This document shows, one piece after another, positions 16,928 to 25,911 of a stretch of DNA of 59,246 nt. The first letter of the stretch is position 1, and the number at the start of each line of letters is the position of its first letter. The notes below the pieces were generated by a model that saw only the letters and a list, made by a program, of their open reading frames with translations, ran no database searches and was not told where the DNA came from. Source of the stretch: Actinomycetota bacterium (GTDB taxonomy: Bacteria > Actinomycetota > Thermoleophilia > Gaiellales > F1-60-MAGs149); NCBI GenBank assembly GCA_005798855.1, contig SYIF01000142.1, positions 1 to 59,246 of the forward strand. The letters run 5' to 3'. The translations under genes and the position numbers were made by a program.

Positions 16928-18096
16928 GCATCGCGGATCGAGGCACCGAGGCGATGATGACGAACTATCCACCGCGACCGTTGGCAGTCGTACGCGGTGA
17001 AGGGTGTTGGCTTTGGGACGATGCTGGCACGCGCTATCTCGATCTTGTGGCAGGCATAGCAGTGGTTACGCTCGGGCATGGTCATCCAGCCCCAGTCGCT
17101 GCACTCGCGGCGCAGTCCGCAGTGCTGGATCACGTCTCGAACCTCTACTGGACCGAGCCAGCAATCGCATTGGCCGAACGGCTCAACAGTCTGTCGGGCC
17201 TCGAGCAGGCCTTTTTCTGCAACTCGGGTGCCGAGGCGAATGAGGCGGCGATCAAGCTTGCCCGCCGACATGGAACCGAGACTGGGGGAGCCGAAAAACA
17301 TGAGATTGTCTGTCTCGAGGGCGCCTTTCATGGCCGCACGCTTGGCGCGCTCCAAGCCACGTGGGCTCAGCCAAAGAAGATTCCGTTTGAGCCGCTGCCA
17401 GCGGGCTTTCGTCACGTTCCCCGTAACGACATCGCGGCACTTCGTGCGGCGGTAGGCCCCCAGACAGCCGGTGTTTTGATCGAGCCGATTCAGGGCGAAG
17501 GGGGCGTGCATGTCATCGACGAAGCCTTCTTGTTCGAAGCACGATCGCTGTGTGATCAGCACGATGCGTTGCTGCTGTTTGACGAGGTGCAGACCGGCAT
17601 CGGTCGCTGCGGTGCCTGGTTTGCGTTCCAGCGGACCGGTGTACGCCCCGATGCGGTAGTGCTTGCTAAGGGGTTGGCGTCCGGGATGCCGATTGGCGCG
17701 CTGCTTTCGAAGCGGCTGGCGACAGGCTTTCGACCCGGAGATCACGGCACAACGTTCGGCGGTTCGCCGCCCATCGCAGCAGCGGCATTGGCGACGATTG
17801 AGGTGGTCGAGCGCGACGACCTAATTGGCAATGCAGCGCGTGTCGGCGAACACCTGTCCGTCGCGGTCGCTCGCCTCGACGGGGTTGCAACGGTTCGTGG
17901 AGCAGGGCTCCTACTTGCGGTCGAGCTCGTGGACGGTGACGCAGCGGGAGCGGCCACGGCGCTCCGCGAGCGTGGTGTGATCGTCAACGCTGTCTCCGAC
18001 ACAGCGATTCGGCTGTGTCCACCGCTCGTGATCTCGTTGGAGCAATCCGAACTAGCGATCGAAGCATTCCGAGCGGTTTTAGCCGCCCGGGGCTAG
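16924..18096 (+). CDS. argD: Acetylornithine aminotransferase (class III PLP enzyme)
   Basis: 390 aa. It has GHGHP, FCNSGAEANEAAIKLAR, DEVQTG.GR.G and LAKGLASG (PLP lysine), with a 4-nt overlap with argB. Confidence 0.9.
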   Translation: MSIADRGTEAMMTNYPPRPLAVVRGEGCWLWDDAGTRYLDLVAGIAVVTLGHGHPAPVAALAAQSAVLDHVSNLYWTEPAIALAERLNSLSGLEQAFFCNSGAEANEAAIKLARRHGTETGGAEKHEIVCLEGAFHGRTLGALQATWAQPKKIPFEPLPAGFRHVPRNDIAALRAAVGPQTAGVLIEPIQGEGGVHVIDEAFLFEARSLCDQHDALLLFDEVQTGIGRCGAWFAFQRTGVRPDAVVLAKGLASGMPIGALLSKRLATGFRPGDHGTTFGGSPPIAAAALATIEVVERDDLIGNAARVGEHLSVAVARLDGVATVRGAGLLLAVELVDGDAAGAATALRERGVIVNAVSDTAIRLCPPLVISLEQSELAIEAFRAVLAARG

Positions 18097-18106
18097 TGCG
18101 GTTGCG

Positions 18107-18337
18107 GTGTCAGACGAGGTCGCTCACACTGCTCATATGAAGCGAATCTTTGACTATCTCGGCACCTTTGGGCTCGGCTACTTCTTCGGTCTGGGCGCAA
18201 TGGCGTTGGCTCATGCGTTCGTCGGGTGGCCTGCGAGTTACCAGGACGCTGCCTACCTCGCATTGATCAGTGGTGCGGGGGCGGTTGGAGCGCGCCTGTA
18301 CAACAGTCGCTTGGTTCCTACGGGTAGCGACGAGTAG
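18107..18337 (+). CDS. Small hypothetical membrane protein (2 predicted TM helices)
   Basis: 76-aa ORF filling the gap between argD and the next gene, with hydrophobic stretches FGLGYFFGLGAMALAHAFV and AYLALISGAGAV. No family recognised. The start is uncertain (GTG 18107 or ATG 18137). Confidence 0.4.
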   Translation: MSDEVAHTAHMKRIFDYLGTFGLGYFFGLGAMALAHAFVGWPASYQDAAYLALISGAGAVGARLYNSRLVPTGSDE

Positions 18338-18341
18338 GCTC

Positions 18342-19253
18342 GTGCAACTGCACGGCATTCATCATGTCACCGCAATCACCGCTGACGGTCCTCGCAACGC
18401 CGAGTTCTATGGCGGCGTGCTGGGTCTACGACTCGTTAAAAAGACCGTCAACTTCGATGATCCCGGTGCGTATCACCTGTACTACGGCGATGACGCGGGA
18501 ACTCCGGGTACTGCGTTGACGTTTTTCGAGTATCCGGGTGCGCGGCTGGGACGCACGGGCGAGGGGATAGTGACGCGGATCGATTGGAGCGTCCCATCGG
18601 TTTCTTCGTTGGACTGGTGGGAGCGACACTTGGTCGGAAGGGCCACGACGGAGCGTTCGCCTGAGAGTCTTGATGTCTGGGACCACGAAGGTCTCGTGAC
18701 ACGCCTCGTGGCGGTTAGCGGCTGTGACAGCGTCTCGCACGCCCATGCGCCGCACGTGCCAGAAGAGCACGCGTTGAGGCGCATGATTGGTGTCACTGCG
18801 CAGGCGCGCGATCCGCATCACAGCACGGCGGTGCTGGAGTCGCTCGGATTTCAATATCAGGATGACGCCTGGCACACGGGTAGCGGCTCGCGCTCGGCGG
18901 TCTACGGTCTCGAGACGAGCGGTGGCGAGCATGCGACGCCGGGTGCTGGCACGATTCATCACGTCGCTTGGGCGAGTCTCGACGAGGACCATCAAGGCTG
19001 GCTCGTGCGGGCTGCCGAAGCGGGCGTGCAGGCGACGCCAATTGTGGATCGAGACTACTTCCGTGCGATCTATTTCCGCGAACCCTCTGGCGTCCTATTC
19101 GAGTTGGCAACAGACGGTCCGGGCTTCGCGATCGATGAGGAGCCCGATGCGCTTGGCTTCGCGCTGCGCCTCCCGCGCCAGCACGAGCACCTACGAGCAC
19201 TTCTCGAACAGCGTCTCGTGCCCATTCCCGACCCGTGGGAGCCGTACCGATGA
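18342..19253 (+). CDS. Ring-cleaving dioxygenase / glyoxalase (VOC) family protein, MhqO/MhqE-like
   Basis: GIHHVTAITADGPRNAEFYGGVLGLRLVKKTVNFDDPGAYHLYYGD is followed by a second VOC repeat (IHHVAW..). The GTG at 18342 is chosen because the track start at 18270 overlaps the previous ORF. Confidence 0.8.
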   Translation: MQLHGIHHVTAITADGPRNAEFYGGVLGLRLVKKTVNFDDPGAYHLYYGDDAGTPGTALTFFEYPGARLGRTGEGIVTRIDWSVPSVSSLDWWERHLVGRATTERSPESLDVWDHEGLVTRLVAVSGCDSVSHAHAPHVPEEHALRRMIGVTAQARDPHHSTAVLESLGFQYQDDAWHTGSGSRSAVYGLETSGGEHATPGAGTIHHVAWASLDEDHQGWLVRAAEAGVQATPIVDRDYFRAIYFREPSGVLFELATDGPGFAIDEEPDALGFALRLPRQHEHLRALLEQRLVPIPDPWEPYR

Positions 19254-19888
19254 CGGGTCTTACCGACCGCATTCGTCTGGCGGTGGGGAAGCCTCAAGGC
19301 GCGTTAGTGTTGTTTCACGGCCGAGGCGCTGACGAACACGACTTGATGCCGCTGATTGAGGTGCTTGACCCCGAGCAGCGACTGGTCGGGGTGACGCCAC
19401 GTGCGCCGTTGTCGCTTCCACCGGGTGGTGCGCATTGGTACATCGTCGAGCGCGTGGGAGATCCCCACGAAGAGACCTTCATAGCCTCGGTCGAGCTCTT
19501 GTCCGACTGGCTCGACGAGCTCCCTGATCGGATCGGCGTACAAGAGGACAAGCTCGTTCTTGGCGGTTTCTCGCAGGGCTGCGTGATGGCGTATGCGATG
19601 GCGCTGGCCGCGAATCGAACCCCGCCGGCGGCGCTGTTGGCGATGGTGGGTTTCATTCCGCACGTCAGGGACCATCCACTCGATCTGACGTCGATAGATC
19701 GGCCGCCAGTCACCGTGGTCCACGGCAGCATCGATCCGGTCATCGACGTTTCCTTCGGGCGTGCAGCGCGGGATGAGATGCTTGCAGCGGGCATGGATGT
19801 CACCTATCGCGAGACGGCGGTCGAGCACACGATCGACCCGGCCTGGCTGACAGACCTGCGTCATCAGATCGGCATGACACTGCGCTAG
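19250..19888 (+). CDS. Phospholipase/carboxylesterase-family alpha/beta hydrolase (MhqD-like)
   Basis: It has LVLFHGRGADEHDL and the nucleophile elbow GGFSQGC. The start forms an ATGA overlap with the dioxygenase stop. The pairing mirrors the B. subtilis mhq quinone-detoxification genes. Confidence 0.8.
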   Translation: MTGLTDRIRLAVGKPQGALVLFHGRGADEHDLMPLIEVLDPEQRLVGVTPRAPLSLPPGGAHWYIVERVGDPHEETFIASVELLSDWLDELPDRIGVQEDKLVLGGFSQGCVMAYAMALAANRTPPAALLAMVGFIPHVRDHPLDLTSIDRPPVTVVHGSIDPVIDVSFGRAARDEMLAAGMDVTYRETAVEHTIDPAWLTDLRHQIGMTLR

Positions 19889-19892
19889 GGCG

Positions 19893-20699
19893 TTAACGAG
19901 ACCGGGTGGCCGTGGCGAGCGTCCACGTCAGCGGCTTCACGTCGAGCCGCTCAGACGTCATTGGCATAGCGGCAGTGACCAGCGTCATGGTCTGACCAGC
20001 GCTAATCTTGGCGAGCGTAGTGGGATCCGCACTGAGGACAATGATCCCGGTGCGACTGATCGCCGACCCATCGCTGGCTTTGATCGAGCGTGCGCGGACC
20101 AGGAGGCGACCGGTAGTGCCTGTCGAGACAGCCCAGACAACTGTGCCTTTGATGGTCAGCGAAACCGCACTATTAGACGCGCTCATCATCGCTGGGTCGC
20201 TTGGGTCGGGCTGCAGGATTGTCGCAGCCTGAAGCCAGGAGTAGGGCGTGACGACTCTGTCACCGAAGCGCAGCTCGAAGTGCAGGTGACACGGCGCGCT
20301 CGCTGCATCGCCCGTCCGGCCAACGTAGGAGATAACCTGGCCTGCTTTGACAGTGGAACCATTCTTAAGTCCCTTAGCGAAAGCGCTGCTCGCGTCGCCG
20401 CTGACACCCATGTGAATGTAGCGATACCAGGAGTTCTTGCCCGTTAGCGTGACCATCCAGCCCGAGCGATCACCGTAATCGAGGCGGACTGTTCCTGCCA
20501 CCACGGCTACGGCGGGTGTACCGCAGGGTGCCATCAGGTCATTCCCTTGATGGTTGCCACCGCCGCGAGGATCGCCAAAATCGTCTGTGTAGCGCGCGCC
20601 GCCCACGACGGGAAAGAGGTCGAATGGCGGTGTGGCCGCTGCGGCCGTCCCGCTCATGGCCACGAGAAGCCCGACGCTGATCAGGAGTGCAATACGCAT
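19893..20699 (-). CDS. Secreted M23-family peptidoglycan metalloendopeptidase with an uncharacterised C-terminal domain
   Basis: It has a signal peptide (MRIALLISVGLLVAMSGTAAAA) and the M23 motifs HQGNDLMAP and HLHFELR. The ATG at 20699 is chosen because the track extension to 20915 has no protein-like character. Confidence 0.85.
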   Translation of the reverse strand: MRIALLISVGLLVAMSGTAAAATPPFDLFPVVGGARYTDDFGDPRGGGNHQGNDLMAPCGTPAVAVVAGTVRLDYGDRSGWMVTLTGKNSWYRYIHMGVSGDASSAFAKGLKNGSTVKAGQVISYVGRTGDAASAPCHLHFELRFGDRVVTPYSWLQAATILQPDPSDPAMMSASNSAVSLTIKGTVVWAVSTGTTGRLLVRARSIKASDGSAISRTGIIVLSADPTTLAKISAGQTMTLVTAAMPMTSERLDVKPLTWTLATATRSR

Positions 20700-20902
20700 A
20701 CGTAGAGACCGGCAGACGCCGGATCCGCTCTCAAGGCTACACGGGGTCGTGTCTGACTGTCCAACGTCGGCTTCGTTGTGAAGAAATTGAGACGAATGAC
20801 GCAAGCCTCCACGCGTCGGACGATAACGCGGTATCCTTTCGTCACTGTTCGCTGGAAACGCGTGAGACATGATCGATCGTTTTCGGCAAGAACGCTGACC
20901 TA

Positions 20903-22003
20903 ATGGCACCAACACCGCGCAAAACGCCTCTGCACGATCGCCACGTCGAGCTCGGCGCGCGCATGGTCGACTTCGCCGGCTGGGAGATGCCCGTCTACTA
21001 CGTGGGAATCAACGAAGAACATCGCGCGGTTCGAGCGCGAGCCGGACTCTTTGACGTCTCGCACATGGGACAGTTCGAGATCACCGGAACCGGCGCTGAG
21101 GGGCTGCTACGCAAGGCTCTCGCGAGTGACATTGACCGCCTTGATGAGGGCCAGGCTCAGTACTCGTTTCTACTTAATGCCAAGGGCGGCATTATCGACG
21201 ATCTGATCGTCTACAAGCTGCCCAACAAGGTCTGGCTGCTCGTCGTCAACGCAGGCAACATCGCGATCGACCTCGCGCACCTCAAGAGCTTTAAGCATCG
21301 CGCAGCAACAATCTCGGACGTCAGCGGCGAGACGGCGATGATTGCGTTGCAAGGACCCGTTGCGATGGAACTACTGGCGGATATTTGGCCGAAGAAGACG
21401 CCAGCACCCGAGACGGGCAAGCCGTTCACGATCGTAGAGCGTGTCGTCGTGGGCGTACCGTCGTGGGTTGCGTATACGGGCTACACAGGCGAGCCTGGCG
21501 TCGAAATCATGTGTGCCGGCGATCGCGCTGGCGACCTCTGGGATGGCATCCTTGCCCGTCGTGAGCACGGTGTCGTACCGAGCGGCCTTGGCGCGCGTGA
21601 CACGCTTCGTCTCGAGGTGGGGTATCCGCTGCACGGCCACGACATCAACCCGAAGACCACACCGATCGAGGCTAACCTCGGACGCTTTGTGCATCTGGGC
21701 CGCGAGTTCATGGGCAGCGACGTGCTCGACAAGCAGGCCGCTAAGGGTGTCAAGCGTCGACTGGTCGGCCTCAAGATCGTTGATCGTGCAATTCCGCGCG
21801 AGGGCTACCCGATTCTGTCGGGCGGCGAGAAGATCGGCACAATCACGAGTGGAACGCTCTCCCCAAGTATCGATCGTGGGATTGGTCTCGGCTACGTGCC
21901 CGAGATGTTTGCGAAGCCTGGAACGGTCCTTCAGGTCGATATCCGGGGGCGCTTGCGCGATGCTGAAGTCGTCAAGTTGCCGTTCTATAAGAAGGAAGCC
22001 TGA
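20903..22003 (+). CDS. gcvT: Glycine cleavage system aminomethyltransferase (T protein)
   Basis: 366 aa. It has TPLHDRHVELGARMVDFAGWEMPV.Y, FDVSHMGQ and GYTGEPG motifs. Confidence 0.95.
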   Translation: MAPTPRKTPLHDRHVELGARMVDFAGWEMPVYYVGINEEHRAVRARAGLFDVSHMGQFEITGTGAEGLLRKALASDIDRLDEGQAQYSFLLNAKGGIIDDLIVYKLPNKVWLLVVNAGNIAIDLAHLKSFKHRAATISDVSGETAMIALQGPVAMELLADIWPKKTPAPETGKPFTIVERVVVGVPSWVAYTGYTGEPGVEIMCAGDRAGDLWDGILARREHGVVPSGLGARDTLRLEVGYPLHGHDINPKTTPIEANLGRFVHLGREFMGSDVLDKQAAKGVKRRLVGLKIVDRAIPREGYPILSGGEKIGTITSGTLSPSIDRGIGLGYVPEMFAKPGTVLQVDIRGRLRDAEVVKLPFYKKEA

Positions 22004-22006
22004 ACC

Positions 22007-22393
22007 ATGCCTGCCGACGAGTCCTATCCCGCCGATCTTCGCTACCACCACGACCATGATTGGGTGCGCGTGGCGGGTGACGAGGCTACCTTTGGCATTA
22101 CGTGGCACGCTCAGGATGCGCTCGGAGAGGTCGTCTTTTTTGAGCCGCCGACTGTTGGTAGCCGTGTCGAAACTGACGGCTCGTACGGTTCGCTCGAATC
22201 GGTCAAGGCTGTCTCTGACGTCATTTCGCCGCTGGCTGGCACCGTTACGGCTGTCAATGATGCCGTCGTCGAGACGCCCGAGCTTGTCAACGAGGCACCG
22301 TACGACGCAGGCTGGTTGATTCGCGTCAAACTCGACGACGCCGCGGCTGTCGAATCTCTGCTTGATGCAACCGCCTATCAAGCCACGCTCTAA
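22007..22393 (+). CDS. gcvH: Glycine cleavage system H protein (lipoyl carrier)
   Basis: 128 aa. It has HDWVR and the lipoylation motif ESVKAVSD, and sits 3 nt after gcvT. Confidence 0.95.
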   Translation: MPADESYPADLRYHHDHDWVRVAGDEATFGITWHAQDALGEVVFFEPPTVGSRVETDGSYGSLESVKAVSDVISPLAGTVTAVNDAVVETPELVNEAPYDAGWLIRVKLDDAAAVESLLDATAYQATL

Positions 22394-22443
22394 GCGCCAG
22401 CGACGCCTGTGCGTGCTCGTCGAACAGCGGTGATACTTCGTAG

Positions 22444-22821
22444 ATGAGTCTTGAGCGCGAAGCATCCTGCCGGCGTTGTCGGGTGTACTGCGACTGGGTG
22501 ATTGATCCCGTCGGCTGTCTCGGCTGTTCTCGGCTGTATGCCTACGACGCCAAAGATGGTCGGCGCTATGCCGGTTGCGTCGAGCGCGTGCATGCTGCCG
22601 AGGTCGACCTTGGTGTGCTCGAGAAATGTGCGGTGGATGAGCGAGGCTTCGGTGGGATTCGCGCGGTGCGCGTTCCACTTCCGATCTGCAGCGCTGTCGT
22701 TGACTCCGCCTACCCGCGGCGGCTGCCAGCAATTGGCTGTGTCGATCCTGAGTTCTACGAGCCGCCGGGTGGCGGCACGTTCGTAATTACTTCGCGCGAG
22801 CAGCCTTCGCACGACGCGTAG
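22444..22821 (+). CDS. Hypothetical cysteine-rich protein (9 Cys in 125 aa; CxxCxxxC-x8-CxxC at the N-terminus)
   Basis: The ORF starts 50 nt after gcvH on the same strand. By eye, codon third positions look like those of neighbouring genes. Its 3' end overlaps the convergent nfo gene by 35 nt. No family recognised. Confidence 0.45.
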   Translation: MSLEREASCRRCRVYCDWVIDPVGCLGCSRLYAYDAKDGRRYAGCVERVHAAEVDLGVLEKCAVDERGFGGIRAVRVPLPICSAVVDSAYPRRLPAIGCVDPEFYEPPGGGTFVITSREQPSHDA

Positions 22822-23659
22822 CGCCGTGCTTGCATAGCGTCCGAAGCGCAGTGATCTCCGCCGCATCCGGGCCATTGCCTTCGGCGCCCGGAGTTTCGAG
22901 CAGCATCGGGAGGTCCACGAGTGCAGGGTGCGATAGCGTCACTGCGAGCCCATTGCCCAGCTCGCCTTGGCCGATGTTGGCATGGCGATCGCGATTCGAG
23001 CCGAGCGCCGCCGCCGCATCGTTGACATGCAGGCAGCGCAGCCGTTCGATCCCAACGTGCGTATCGATTTCCGTAACCAGTGCATCAAGTTGCGGGGAGT
23101 CGGTGACATCGACGCCGGAGACGTAGGCATGACAGGTGTCAATGCACAGGCCCAACCGTGGGTGGTCCACGGCATTGATGATGCTCGCCAATTCGACTGG
23201 GTCGCGCCCAATCGTGCCGCCGGCGCCCGCAGAATTCTCGAGCAGGAGCCAGGGGCCATCGAGCCGTTTGAGTGCTGTCTGCAACTCCTTCACGATCTGC
23301 GGTAGCGTCGCCTCGAGTCCACGTCCCTTATGGGAGCCGACGTGCAAGACGATGCCATCGGCAGCAATTGCGTTGGCGACGTCGATCGTGTTGAGCAAGG
23401 CGGAGCGACTCTTTTTCAATAGCTCGGGTTCATCCGTGGCCAGGTTGATGAAGTAGATCGCGTGGCAGGCGATGTAGTGAACCTGCCCGCTCTCGCGCGC
23501 GGCGCGTAGTACGGCGAGATCCTCTGGCTTGTGTGTGGTTGGCTTCCACGTGCGCGCACTCTGAATAAAGACCTGAACGCCATCGGCGCCGATTGCCGAG
23601 GCTCGTTCCGGCACGCGATGCAGTCCGCCCGCAGACGAGATGTGAGCGCCAGCAATCAC
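22787..23659 (-). CDS. nfo: Endonuclease IV (deoxyribonuclease IV)
   Basis: 290 aa. It has MIAGAHISSAGG at the N-terminus and HAIYFINLA, LHVGSH, LLENSAG, DTCH and LHVNDA metal-site motifs. Confidence 0.9.
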   Translation of the reverse strand: MIAGAHISSAGGLHRVPERASAIGADGVQVFIQSARTWKPTTHKPEDLAVLRAARESGQVHYIACHAIYFINLATDEPELLKKSRSALLNTIDVANAIAADGIVLHVGSHKGRGLEATLPQIVKELQTALKRLDGPWLLLENSAGAGGTIGRDPVELASIINAVDHPRLGLCIDTCHAYVSGVDVTDSPQLDALVTEIDTHVGIERLRCLHVNDAAAALGSNRDRHANIGQGELGNGLAVTLSHPALVDLPMLLETPGAEGNGPDAAEITALRTLCKHGATRRAKAARAK

Positions 23660-23730
23660 TCCGCCAGCATAGGTGTCGCTCCGGCGGCGGCCTGACGGGG
23701 CGCATGGGGAAGGGGAGGTACGGTTCCGCT

Positions 23731-25176
23731 ATGTCCGTCCGCGTCCGCTTCGCTCCCTCGCCCACCGGCTTTCTTCACGTTGGCGGTGTACGCACTGCGC
23801 TGTACGTGTGGCTCTTTGCGCGTCACCATGGCGGAACGACCGTCCTGCGAATCGAAGATACGGATACGGAGCGCGAAGAGGTTGGCGCGATCGAGCAGAT
23901 CCAACGCTCACTCGACTGGCTCGGGCTCGACTTCGATGAGTCGCCGCGCGTCGGCGGGCCGCACGGTCCGTACTTGCAGAGCGAGCGCAGCGAGCACTAC
24001 CATGCTGCCGTCGATCGTCTGCTCGCCCAAGGCGACGCTTATCGTTGCTATCAGACAGCCGAGGAACTCGAGGTCGCGCGTGCTGAGGCGCGCCAGACCG
24101 ACGACCCCACGCTTCCGACACGACTTCATCGCGATCTTACCGCAGAGCAGATTGCCTCCTTTGAGGCTGAGGGGCGGCCAGCGGTGATTCGATTCCGTAC
24201 GCCACTTGAAGGCGAGACGGTGATTGAGGATCTCGTGCGCGGACAGGTCGTCTTTGAGCATCGATTGCTCGGGGATACCGTTCTGATGCGCGGCGGTGGT
24301 CGTCCGACCTATCAACTGGCGAACCCGCTTGACGATCTCGCGATGGGCATCACGCACGTGATCCGCGGCGAGGACTTGCTGTCCTCGACACCGCGTCAGA
24401 AGCTGCTCGTAGAGGCGCTCGGTGGGACGTTCCCACAGACCGCACACCTCTCGATGATTCTCGGGGCAGACAAGAAGCGGTTGTCCAAGCGGCATGGTGC
24501 AGCCAGCGTCGAGGAATTCCGTGAGGCCGGCTACTTGCCCGAGGCGCTGGTTAACTTCCTGGCGCTGTGCGGCTGGTCGTGGGATGGCGAGACCGAACTG
24601 ATGAGCGTCGCCGAACTGATCGAGCGTTTTTCGATTGAGCGTGTCAATGCGGCTCCGGCGGTGTTCGATCACGAGAAGTTGGCGTGGATGAACGGGCAGT
24701 ATCTGCGGGCACTCGACACGGGGGCCTATACGGCCGCGTTGCGTCGATACCTTGAGGATGCTGGCTCTCCACTCGCCGGTGCCGCGCGCCTTGACGAGCT
24801 CGTACCAGTGGTGCAGGAGAAGCTCGGTGCCTTCAGTGAATTCGACGCACTCGTCGGTTCGCTGCTCGAGTCACGCGAACCAGATGCCGAGTCGTGGCAG
24901 AAGTTGCTCAACGACGAGCAGGCTGCCCGTATCCTCGACGCGGCGACAGCGAGCCTCAGTGTGCTACCGGCGTGGACGGTCGACAACGTTGAGTCTGCGC
25001 TACGTGCCGTCTGTGAGGAGCTGGCACTGAAGCCGCGGCAGGCATTTCTGCCGATTCGGATTGCAATTGTCGGCTCGACGGTCGCGGCTGGACTGTATGA
25101 GTCGATTGCGTTTCTTGGGTCTGAGGCTTCGCTGGCACGCCTGCAGCACGCACGCGCCGCTCTTACCGACGTGTAA
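23731..25176 (+). CDS. gltX: Glutamate--tRNA ligase
   Basis: It has RFAPSPTGFLHVGGVRTAL (HIGH region) and KRLSKRHGA (KMSKS). The ATG at 23731 with AGGGGAGG upstream is preferred to the longer track ORF. Confidence 0.95.
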   Translation: MSVRVRFAPSPTGFLHVGGVRTALYVWLFARHHGGTTVLRIEDTDTEREEVGAIEQIQRSLDWLGLDFDESPRVGGPHGPYLQSERSEHYHAAVDRLLAQGDAYRCYQTAEELEVARAEARQTDDPTLPTRLHRDLTAEQIASFEAEGRPAVIRFRTPLEGETVIEDLVRGQVVFEHRLLGDTVLMRGGGRPTYQLANPLDDLAMGITHVIRGEDLLSSTPRQKLLVEALGGTFPQTAHLSMILGADKKRLSKRHGAASVEEFREAGYLPEALVNFLALCGWSWDGETELMSVAELIERFSIERVNAAPAVFDHEKLAWMNGQYLRALDTGAYTAALRRYLEDAGSPLAGAARLDELVPVVQEKLGAFSEFDALVGSLLESREPDAESWQKLLNDEQAARILDAATASLSVLPAWTVDNVESALRAVCEELALKPRQAFLPIRIAIVGSTVAAGLYESIAFLGSEASLARLQHARAALTDV

Positions 25177-25216
25177 GCCCGAGCGCAGGAAGTTCGTGGT
25201 TTGGCGCGTAACGTGA

Positions 25217-25735
25217 GTGCAGATGGCGCCACGCGAACGCAGCAAACCGAAGAGTGACGACCAAGACACGGTCGAGACGCGTCCGCGGCGCGCGTGTGGT
25301 GTCTTTGCGGCGATCATTGCCGCTGCTGCTCTGATCATCGTAACGGCGGTGGTGACCGCGATCGTGGTTGACGCCGTCCACGGGCGCTCGAATCCGGTTG
25401 TTGCATCAGTGTCTGGCTCTGACTCGCAGTCGAATGAGATCGATACGGCGCGCGCTACGGGCTACAAAGATGGTGTACGGGACACGAAACAGTTGGCTAA
25501 GGATCAACTTGATGCGCGCTACGACCAGGGTTTCGCGAAGGGGTACGCCAAGGGGCGCGAGACGGCCACGAATAACACAGGCCAAGATGGCGGTTACGAA
25601 GAGGGGTTTAATACCGGCGTCAAGACCGCTGTCGACGCGTACAAGAAGATCATCGAGCAGGCCCAGCAGATCATCGCCGAGGCGAATCAGATGCCGGTCG
25701 TGACCGCCCCGATCCCCACGACGACAACCGGGTAG
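25217..25735 (+). CDS. Hypothetical single-pass membrane protein with repeated G-x3-G-x3 motifs
   Basis: 172 aa. It has a basic N-terminus and a TM segment (VFAAIIAAAALIIVTAVVTAIVV). The ectodomain contains GYKDGVRD / GFAKGYAKGRE / GYEEGFNTGVK repeats. Confidence 0.55.
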   Translation: MQMAPRERSKPKSDDQDTVETRPRRACGVFAAIIAAAALIIVTAVVTAIVVDAVHGRSNPVVASVSGSDSQSNEIDTARATGYKDGVRDTKQLAKDQLDARYDQGFAKGYAKGRETATNNTGQDGGYEEGFNTGVKTAVDAYKKIIEQAQQIIAEANQMPVVTAPIPTTTTG

Positions 25736-25857
25736 ACGTTCTGCATGCGATAGGGCTGTAGTCGGCCGCGCTCGGCTGCGTCTGGACCAAGACTCGTAGT
25801 CCGAACGGTAGGCGGACGCTTGTTCAACACTCGTTGTTCGACCGTAGTTGCAGAGCA

Positions 25858-25894
25858 GGGGGACATGACATCCGCGCGGTTGTGATGTCCCCCC
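25858..25894. terminator. Bidirectional hairpin between convergent genes; copy 2 of the repeated element
   Basis: GGGGGACATgACA (25858-25870) pairs with TGTgATGTCCCCC (25882-25894). It lies 17 nt from the stop of the minus-strand aminotransferase. The left arm is identical to 8504-8516. Confidence 0.55.
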
Positions 25895-25911
25895 GTTATC
25901 CGTACGACGCT

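Noticed and set aside
15935-17745. Very long antisense ORFs: 15935..16972 (-) 345 aa and 16123..17745 (-) 540 aa. Similar cases are 21371..22732 (-), 23908..24672 (-), 36661..37494 (-) and 46203..47516 (-).
   Set aside because: They lie opposite genes with unambiguous motifs (argJ/argB/argD, gcvT/gcvH, gltX, the epimerase, ctaD). They are extremely Arg/Pro/Ser/Ala-rich with no recognisable motifs. Such shadow ORFs are the expected by-product of high GC content, where stop codons are scarce on the antisense strand.
20700-20902. A possible glycine riboswitch upstream of gcvT, or a c-di-AMP (ydaO-type) riboswitch in the leader of the divergent M23 peptidase.
   Set aside because: The 204-nt divergent region is long enough. 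However, on the plus strand I find none of the glycine-aptamer signatures (GGAGAG ... ACCGAAGGGGCAA ... CUCAGGCAA). On the minus strand I find no ydaO hallmarks (GGGGGACCCA, CCGAA-CCG-CAGCUAACCUCGUAAGC). Only a short CCGGC-N4-GCCGG hairpin is present. A covariance-model scan would be the decisive test.
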